Origin: Chlamydiales bacterium
GTDB taxonomy: Bacteria > Chlamydiota > Chlamydiia > Chlamydiales > JBDQID01
Direction of reading: 5' to 3'
Assembly: GCA_047611865.1 (NCBI GenBank)
Contig: JBLFWS010000093.1
Coordinates: forward strand, 1 to 13,365
DNA: 13,365 nucleotides
Part shown: positions 8,021 through 13,365 of the stretch, piece by piece
Position numbering within the stretch: the first letter of the stretch is position 1
Layout: each line of letters opens with the position of its first letter
The notes under the pieces: generated by a model
Database searches by the model: none
What the model was told of the DNA's origin: nothing
What the model saw: the letters and a program-made list of their open reading frames with translations, nothing else
Program-made: the position numbers and the translations under genes

Positions 8021-9169
8021 TTATGCTTCAACCAAGCTTTTGCATTTGGACTGCGCATAAGCCAGGTGATAACCCAAGCCTGCGTAGCGCAAAATGCTTT
8101 CATAATAAAAGTCTCTGAAGGGGTCTCTCTCGCAGCGAGCAAAGAATTCCTCGTGGAGGAAGCCGGGATTTCTCCTGGCGACACCTTCGAAGATATCTTT
8201 AGCGGTGACAAAATCTTCTTGCGCCTGAGCCAGTAGGCCGAGGTTTACTCGTACGTGGTCCAAAATTGGCTCTATTTCAAGGGCCTTGTCGAAAGAGGCT
8301 TTGGCCTCGGAAAAGAGTTGGAGGGAGAGTTGCATGACACCGATCATATTCCACATCAAAGGGTCTTCGGGATTCATTTCCAAAGATTTCTTGTAAGCTT
8401 CAAGAGCTTCTTCATCCTTACCTACAGATCGCAGAACCTGAGCTTGACAGTAGTAGGAGTGGGAGGAGTCAGATCCTAGAGAGACGCTTTTTTCTACAGC
8501 TTCGAGAGCTTCATCGAATTTGCCAAGGGTACGCTGTATCAGGCCAATATATCCTAGTATGCGGTGGTTCTTGGGATCTTGCTTTACTTCTTCTTTCATG
8601 AGGCGCAAGTAATACTCTGCCTTTTTGTCGCGATCGTCAGCTGAGCGGCAGTGGCCAAAGTGATTGAGTACTACGGGAGCATCCAGGATTTCTCCGCCAT
8701 AACGAGTGATGGAGTTTTTAACGGACTCAGCTACAAGGCCTTCGTATCTGATGGTGGGGTCGTTACGGAATAGTTTAAGGTTTTTGGAGGTGTACCATCC
8801 GCCGTTTCCGAAGAAGTTGTAACGCCATACACGGTAGCCTGAGATATTAGAGGGGGAGGATTGAGCTACTTGAAGCAGAGCTTCAGCTTCCTTTTTTTCA
8901 AAACACTCGTCAGCATCAAGGTAGAGCACCCAGGGAGTATCGACAAACTGGAGGGCGTAGTTACGGGCTTCACTGAAATTGTTTTTGAAAGGAACTTCCA
9001 TGACATCAGGGGTGAGACTTCTTGCAATTTCTAAAGTATCATCAGTGGAGCCTGTGTCGACGATAACAATTTTAGAAACGATGGAATCAACACTGCGTAC
9101 GCACTTTTCCAGAAATCTGGATTCGTTTTTTACGATTAAACACAAAGTAAGGGGGCTTTGACTATTCAT
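8021..9169 (-). CDS. GT2 glycosyltransferase with C-terminal TPR repeats
   Basis: LCLIVKNE, VDTGSTDDT, FSEARN and YLDADE (DxD), followed by TPR helices (e.g. YCQAQVLRSVGKDEEALEAYKKSLEMNP). ATG 9169 with an AAGGA RBS is preferred over GTG 9196. Confidence 0.9.
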   Translation of the reverse strand: MNSQSPLTLCLIVKNESRFLEKCVRSVDSIVSKIVIVDTGSTDDTLEIARSLTPDVMEVPFKNNFSEARNYALQFVDTPWVLYLDADECFEKKEAEALLQVAQSSPSNISGYRVWRYNFFGNGGWYTSKNLKLFRNDPTIRYEGLVAESVKNSITRYGGEILDAPVVLNHFGHCRSADDRDKKAEYYLRLMKEEVKQDPKNHRILGYIGLIQRTLGKFDEALEAVEKSVSLGSDSSHSYYCQAQVLRSVGKDEEALEAYKKSLEMNPEDPLMWNMIGVMQLSLQLFSEAKASFDKALEIEPILDHVRVNLGLLAQAQEDFVTAKDIFEGVARRNPGFLHEEFFARCERDPFRDFYYESILRYAGLGYHLAYAQSKCKSLVEA

Positions 9170-9199
9170 ATTATATGTCCTTATTATCTTATTCACCCT

Positions 9200-9931
9200 T
9201 TAGACAAGGGGACTTGTTAGGTTTCCGAGGAAGAGATGCATTTTTTGAGCAAGACAGTTCCGAGCTTCCTCTGTTTCAAATAAGTGGTCGCTATCAGGTA
9301 TGGGTTGAGGGGAAACGCCCAGATCGGCAAGCTCTAAGGCTGCTACTACGACCTTGTGGTCTTTCTCTCCGTAAAACAGGGCGACCGGGACCTTTGCGGG
9401 GAGTGTCTCGCGAGGGGCAATGTGTGAGCGTTCTTCAAAAAAGGCTCTTTTCAGGTAAAGATCATCACCTCGGATTGCTTTCTTCTCACCGCTAAAAGAT
9501 AGTGTCGGCTTGTCGATGATATCGCTGCTGATTAAGAGGACAGCCCGGCAGTTGGCATGGTCAGGGTATACCATCATGGGAATCACACCACCGATGCTGA
9601 TCCCCGCAAGGATCAAGTGCTGAAAAGCTAACTCGGTCTGAACCCAGTGGATCACGTTGTTGAGGTCTTCTGCCATTCCGGAAAAGGTGGTATCTTCGAA
9701 AAGTCCAGAGGAGTCACCAGACCCCCTGAAATCAAAACGCAACACGGCATGGCCTTTCTCTACGAGGTGACGAGAAAGAGTTTCCAATAATTTCTGGTTG
9801 CCGACTTTGTCGCCAGTAAGTCCGTGGCAGAGGATGACGAGCTTATCTGTTGAGTTTGCAGGCTGATCTATCACGAGCGAAAGCCAATATCCAGGTTCTA
9901 CGAGATGAATTCTTTCGCTACGCTTGATCAT
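9200..9931 (-). CDS. Alpha/beta hydrolase (serine esterase type)
   Basis: LCHGLTG, RFDFRGSGDS, nucleophile elbow GISIG, YGEKD (Asp) and SDHLF (His) give an intact triad. ATG 9931 overlaps the upstream TAA (TAATG), consistent with translational coupling. Confidence 0.9.
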   Translation of the reverse strand: MIKRSERIHLVEPGYWLSLVIDQPANSTDKLVILCHGLTGDKVGNQKLLETLSRHLVEKGHAVLRFDFRGSGDSSGLFEDTTFSGMAEDLNNVIHWVQTELAFQHLILAGISIGGVIPMMVYPDHANCRAVLLISSDIIDKPTLSFSGEKKAIRGDDLYLKRAFFEERSHIAPRETLPAKVPVALFYGEKDHKVVVAALELADLGVSPQPIPDSDHLFETEEARNCLAQKMHLFLGNLTSPLV

Positions 9932-11664
9932 TAGGCTAGGGCATCCTTCCATTGTAAACCTGCCTGAACATAGCGCTGTTCCAGCTGAGGCCTGAATTTA
10001 TGCCAGCACTCTTTGGGGAAAAAGTGAACTCGCTTGTCGAAGTTGATGAAAGGGAGATAAACTTCAAAATTGTGTTTATGATCGTCACCGATGAAAAAGA
10101 GGTCCTCATGACAATCCTTACGGAAAGCCCAGTCCTGGATTTCTATGATGGGGTCGCGGTCGTTTGCAGAGAGATCAATGCACAGGGCGTCTTTAGTAGG
10201 AGGCTCTCCTCTCTCGAAATCCTCGAACGTGGCAAAGAAGTCTCCTTTAGTCTCGGGATTGAAGACTTCTTCAAAGAGAGAGAATGCCTGAGGACTCTCT
10301 TCAGGATGCTTGTCCAGAAAGCGCTTTAGATTGCTCTTCCACTGAAGAAAGCGAGCCTGAGAGAAGGATCGGTCATGATAGAGATGGTAGCCTGCGAGTG
10401 CACGAGAATAGGCGAAGCGGCCACCACCCTGATAAAGGCGATAGGCGAAGTCGATGTCTTCAAGGCCCCACCCGGTAAAGTCTTCATCGAATTTACAGTC
10501 TTGGACAAGAGAGGCATCTACCGAGAAATTGCAAGTGTAGGCAAGACTCCAGGGCTTGTTAAGAGAATGAAGGTCAAAATTATAATAACCTAAAAGCTTT
10601 TCGCGGCTATCGAGTCGGGCAAGTTCTGGGGACAGAGTAGTTACAGCTTCCGGGAGGTGCCTTCTGCTCCCAAGGAGAATCAGGTGGTTACTAAGGGCGT
10701 GGGTGCTACGCAGGTTTTCTAGAAAATCACTGGGATAAAGCATGTCTGAGTCGGTGAAGAGGATGATATCGCCAGTAGCCTGCTTCATGCCCTCGTTGCG
10801 GGCGGCGCCGGGGCCTCGGTTGGAGATTTTGATGGCTTGGGCGCCATACTTTTTGGCGACAGCAAAAGAAGCGTCAGTAGAGCCGTCATCCACGACGATA
10901 AGCTCTATCTCGGAGGGATTGATGGTCTGCGCCTTCATGGAACGCAGTGTTAGCTCAAGGTGATCTTCTCTATTATGAACGGGGATGATAACGGAAACTT
11001 TGAGTTTCTTTTGGCCTTGATGATGGAGTATACGCTTTTCTAATTGAGACACGGTCTGAGAGAATTCTGTTAGAGTAGAGTCCCAGACAATGGAATTACT
11101 GCTAAGGCGTAGGGGATTCTCTTTACGAGTCCAGTCCAAGAGATCCCTATCGCGACGCATAATTCTAACGTCTTCATCAGAAAGAGGCATGCCTATGCGT
11201 TGACTTTCTTGAACAGCCCTCCTCAATCGCTCTTCAGGAGACGCAGTAAGAAATATTTTGCAGGAGGCATCGGGGAAGAAGATTCCACCTGTTCGCCCTT
11301 CTACAATCAAGCTGTCTTGAGTAAAATTCTTTTGAATAAATGTCTCTATCCACTCCTGCACCCAGGGCTCCATGGCAAGCTGAGCACAGCGAGCCTCTAA
11401 TGCAGCATCTTGGAATAGCTCCCGATCAAGTAGCTGATTATCGACTTTCGGGAGGTACATAGGGGTTCCGTCATCGGCACTCTCCAGGGACAAACGGAAT
11501 CTACCAGCGTCAACTCTAAAGTCTATACCCCGGAGAGTTCCCCACGCAAGGGCGCGGAATAACATGCCCAGACTGAGAAAACGGCGCTTGAGTTTCTTGG
11601 CAAGACCAAGGCCCACCGCGGTTTTTCCCACACCACTGGGTCCATCAATTGTTATAGCGTCCAT
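9931..11664 (-). CDS. cmk: Cytidylate-kinase-like domain fused to a GT2 glycosyltransferase (577 aa)
   Basis: N-terminus: ITIDGPSGVGKT, EGR...FPDA..KIFLTASPEER, RD..D..R...PL (Cmk fold). From about 11001: VSVIIPVHN, VDDGSTD, GPGAARN, FTDSD, FDEDFTGWGLEDIDFAYRL (GT2 with GT7_C-like tail). ATG 11664 has a GGAGA RBS. The symbol refers to fold only; probably not the housekeeping cmk. Confidence 0.88.
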   Translation of the reverse strand: MDAITIDGPSGVGKTAVGLGLAKKLKRRFLSLGMLFRALAWGTLRGIDFRVDAGRFRLSLESADDGTPMYLPKVDNQLLDRELFQDAALEARCAQLAMEPWVQEWIETFIQKNFTQDSLIVEGRTGGIFFPDASCKIFLTASPEERLRRAVQESQRIGMPLSDEDVRIMRRDRDLLDWTRKENPLRLSSNSIVWDSTLTEFSQTVSQLEKRILHHQGQKKLKVSVIIPVHNREDHLELTLRSMKAQTINPSEIELIVVDDGSTDASFAVAKKYGAQAIKISNRGPGAARNEGMKQATGDIILFTDSDMLYPSDFLENLRSTHALSNHLILLGSRRHLPEAVTTLSPELARLDSREKLLGYYNFDLHSLNKPWSLAYTCNFSVDASLVQDCKFDEDFTGWGLEDIDFAYRLYQGGGRFAYSRALAGYHLYHDRSFSQARFLQWKSNLKRFLDKHPEESPQAFSLFEEVFNPETKGDFFATFEDFERGEPPTKDALCIDLSANDRDPIIEIQDWAFRKDCHEDLFFIGDDHKHNFEVYLPFINFDKRVHFFPKECWHKFRPQLEQRYVQAGLQWKDALA

Positions 11665-11697
11665 ATTAGCTTCTCCAAGTGGAAAAAGAGTTAGGTG

Positions 11698-11726
11698 ATT
11701 ATAGGAAAAGAAAGTGTTCAGTACAA
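11698..11726 (-). promoter_or_regulatory. Sigma70/sigma66 promoter for the kinase-GT-GH1-NTT operon
   Basis: On the minus strand: TTGTAC (11726-11721), 17-nt spacer, perfect TATAAT (11703-11698); 33 nt upstream of ATG 11664. Confidence 0.6.
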
Positions 11727-11782
11727 TAAGAAAGAATGTGTTATGCTTGTTAGCCGAAGTTAGTTTGTAAAAAGGAAATAGC

Positions 11783-12388
11783 ATGAACGGTAATGCTAAA
11801 GCAAAACTTGTAACAATATGTGGGATTGACGGCTCTGGCAAAACAACCTTAGCGGAAAATTTGCAGGAGAGCTGTAGAAAAAAAGGATTAAAAACTTTTC
11901 TTGTACATCCTCTTTCCATACAAGAAGAGCAAAAGCACGTACTCCAAGAGCTCCGAAATGCGGATTTCCCCTCTATAAAACAGAAAGAAAAGGTGCTAGG
12001 CGATTTCTTAAGCTTTTGCTTTCTAAGGAATGTCCTCACAAATGTTCAAGAGGCTATGGAAAACTACGATGTAGTGATATGTGACCGCTACCTGCCCTCA
12101 CACCTGGTAGCCCAAGCCTGCTTCGGCAATAACATGAGGCACCTAAAACCCTGCTTTGCACTCCTCCCAATACCCGATCTATCCATTCTGGTAGATGTAT
12201 CAGTAGATACAGCCCTCGAACGTATCGGCGCCAGAAAAAACATCATGATGCACGAAAATAGAGAATACCTCGGAAATGCCAGGCTCCACTACCTGAAACA
12301 GGCCAAACTCTCCAAGCTAACCGTAGTAGACGGGGCAAGCCCTCCCGACGAGATATTAAAGAGAGCTCTCGAGCAACTGGGCATCTAA
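11783..12388 (+). CDS. tmk: Thymidylate-kinase-like nucleoside monophosphate kinase
   Basis: P-loop CGIDGSGKTT, VICDRY..S, PDLSILVDV...ALERI..R; AAGGA RBS upstream. Divergent from the operon; base-binding motifs are atypical. Confidence 0.85.
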   Translation: MNGNAKAKLVTICGIDGSGKTTLAENLQESCRKKGLKTFLVHPLSIQEEQKHVLQELRNADFPSIKQKEKVLGDFLSFCFLRNVLTNVQEAMENYDVVICDRYLPSHLVAQACFGNNMRHLKPCFALLPIPDLSILVDVSVDTALERIGARKNIMMHENREYLGNARLHYLKQAKLSKLTVVDGASPPDEILKRALEQLGI

Positions 12389-12411
12389 ACGTTTTCTCGC
12401 TTTTACCCTTG

Positions 12412-12422
12412 GGGCTTTTCCC
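12412..12422 (+). repeat. Probable left target-site duplication of the IS231-like element
   Basis: GGGCTTTTCCC abuts the left IR and fits the 11-bp GGG(N)5CCC target consensus known for IS231A. The second copy is not in the window. Confidence 0.6.
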
Positions 12423-13188
12423 CATACGTATCAACCTAAAAATTTAAAGTGATATAAATAAAGAATTTAAGGTAAAAAGCCTCTAACTAGAAACCGACTA
12501 AAGCATTCAAGTTAGAGGTAAAAATGCATTTTGAAGATAGGCTAGAAGATATTTCATCAAAAATCAAGACAATTTTCGCTCAACATTCACTGGATACCTT
12601 TGCCAAAGAAACAAATTTCATACAGCGTTCGACATCCAGGGTTAATCCACTAAACTTTCTAATCCTTATGGTTGTTCATATTACCCTGAATGCCTTGCAC
12701 TCTCTTGAGACCATGACAGAGATACTTGGAGGGCTTTCAGGAGGTGTTAAAATTTCCTCTCAAGCACTATCTAAGTATCTCAATCGTAACTTTACTGTTA
12801 GATACCTACGCAGATGTTACGGCCACCTTTTGCAGAATTGGACATCTGATAGCATGGATAAACTTAAACAAAAAGGCCTTCTCAAGGGATTTAAAAAGGT
12901 TTTCATTGAAGATAGTACTTCATGTGAATTGCACGAACAACTCGCAGAGGCTTTTAAGGGTAGCGGTGGATGTGCTTCCAAAGCTGGATATAAAATCCAT
13001 CTGACTTGGGAAGCTATTTCTGGACATATTGAGGACCTTAAAATTACAGCAGGTTCAGTTCCAGATCAGGCTATGGCTAGTCAAATTCTCAATAGAATAG
13101 GACAAGGTGACCTCATAATTCGTGATCTCGCTTATTTTATTTTACCGATTTTGAAAAAATAGCCGAACTAGGGGCCTTTTTTTTAAGC
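12423..13188 (+). mobile_element. IS4-family (IS231-like) insertion sequence, left part
   Basis: Left end CATACGTATCAACCTAAAAA resembles the IS231 IR as I recall it (CATGCCCATCAACTTAAG). It is preceded by a GGG(N)5CCC site and followed by an IS4-type transposase ORF. Confidence 0.75.
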
Positions 13189-13191
13189 CGC
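12524..13191 (+). pseudogene. IS4-family DDE transposase, frameshifted and truncated
   Basis: Motifs AKETNFIQR, ISSQAL, EDST (first D), FKGSGG, KIHL and DLIIRDLAYF (second D). TAG follows the A6 run at 13154-13159; the -1 frame continues IAELGAFFLSR until the IS30 end. The YREK/Glu region is absent. Confidence 0.85.
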
Positions 13192-13365
13192 CGATTCAAT
13201 TCTGAAGTGCGACATTTAGGCAGCCTCACTAAGGGGGATAAAAACCTCTATAGGTGTGGAAAAGTTTAACACTTTTCGAGGTCTGTTGTTAAGCAGTATT
13301 TCTACCTCCATTAATTCATTTGCTGATACCTCATCAAAACGTTTAGATTTGGGAAAGTACTGCCT
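13189..13365 (-). mobile_element. IS30-family insertion sequence, right end (partial)
   Basis: The transposase stop is followed at once by an IS30-like terminal sequence (+ strand CGCCGATTCAATTCTGAAGTGCGACA). The exact boundary is uncertain by a few nt. Confidence 0.8.
13216..13365 (-). CDS. IS30-family transposase C-terminus (partial)
   Basis: Minus-strand translation RQYFPKSKRFDEVSANELMEVEILLNNRPRKVLNFSTPIEVFIPLSEAA* carries the IS30 motifs RQYFPK and LNxRPRKxLxxxTP. Not in the ORF track. Confidence 0.9.
   Translation of the reverse strand, partial: RQYFPKSKRFDEVSANELMEVEILLNNRPRKVLNFSTPIEVFIPLSEAA

Noticed and set aside
9932..9952. Hydrolase start at 9952
   Set aside because: It lies inside the upstream gene; the TAATG-coupled ATG at 9931 is more plausible.
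8021..11664. Ordinary LPS/capsule biosynthesis cluster
   Set aside because: No sugar-nucleotide synthesis genes, flippase, ABC exporter or polymerase in the window; the neighbours are NMP kinases, NTTs and a GH1. Disfavoured, not excluded.
11665..12039. 125-aa N-terminal extension of the 702-aa ORF
   Set aside because: It is antisense to tmk and crosses the promoter region. Cmk similarity, an RBS and a promoter all point to ATG 11664.
2109..13004. Short ORFs nested in or antisense to the main genes (e.g. 2109-2291, 3850-4038, 4765-5055, 6192-6554, 9175-9495, 10000-10329, 12243-12434, 12726-13004)
   Set aside because: They overlap well-supported genes and show no recognisable motifs; treated as shadow ORFs.
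13154..13162. Programmed frameshift at the A6 run of the IS4 transposase
   Set aside because: IS4-family transposases are normally single ORFs; a homopolymer indel in a decaying element, or a sequencing error, is simpler.
1..13365. tRNA, rRNA, CRISPR array or riboswitch
   Set aside because: Intergenic spaces are short and I saw no such pattern by eye; an Rfam/tRNAscan run would confirm.

Overview
AT-rich bacterial DNA, probably from an intracellular bacterium such as an environmental chlamydia (inferred from two NTT/TLC nucleotide transporters and Sel1/ankyrin effector-like genes). The core is a tightly packed minus-strand operon (11664->3021): CMP-kinase-like::GT2 fusion, alpha/beta hydrolase, GT2-TPR, GH1 beta-glucosidase::alpha/beta hydrolase fusion, and two tandem NTT carriers. 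A thymidylate-kinase-like gene is divergently transcribed from it. Both kinases keep their phosphoryl-transfer motifs but seem to have lost the canonical base-recognition residues. This suggests an undescribed system that glycosylates/deglycosylates, phosphorylates and transports a non-standard nucleos(t)ide. Left of the operon are an EEP-family gene end, a ComB-family phosphatase, a papain-fold toxin/deamidase with Sel1-like repeats and a bipartite NLS (nucleomodulin candidate), and a frameshifted ankyrin-like gene. On the right, an IS4/IS231-like element is frameshifted and interrupted by an IS30-family element that runs off the window. All calls come from reading motifs by eye; no database searches were run.
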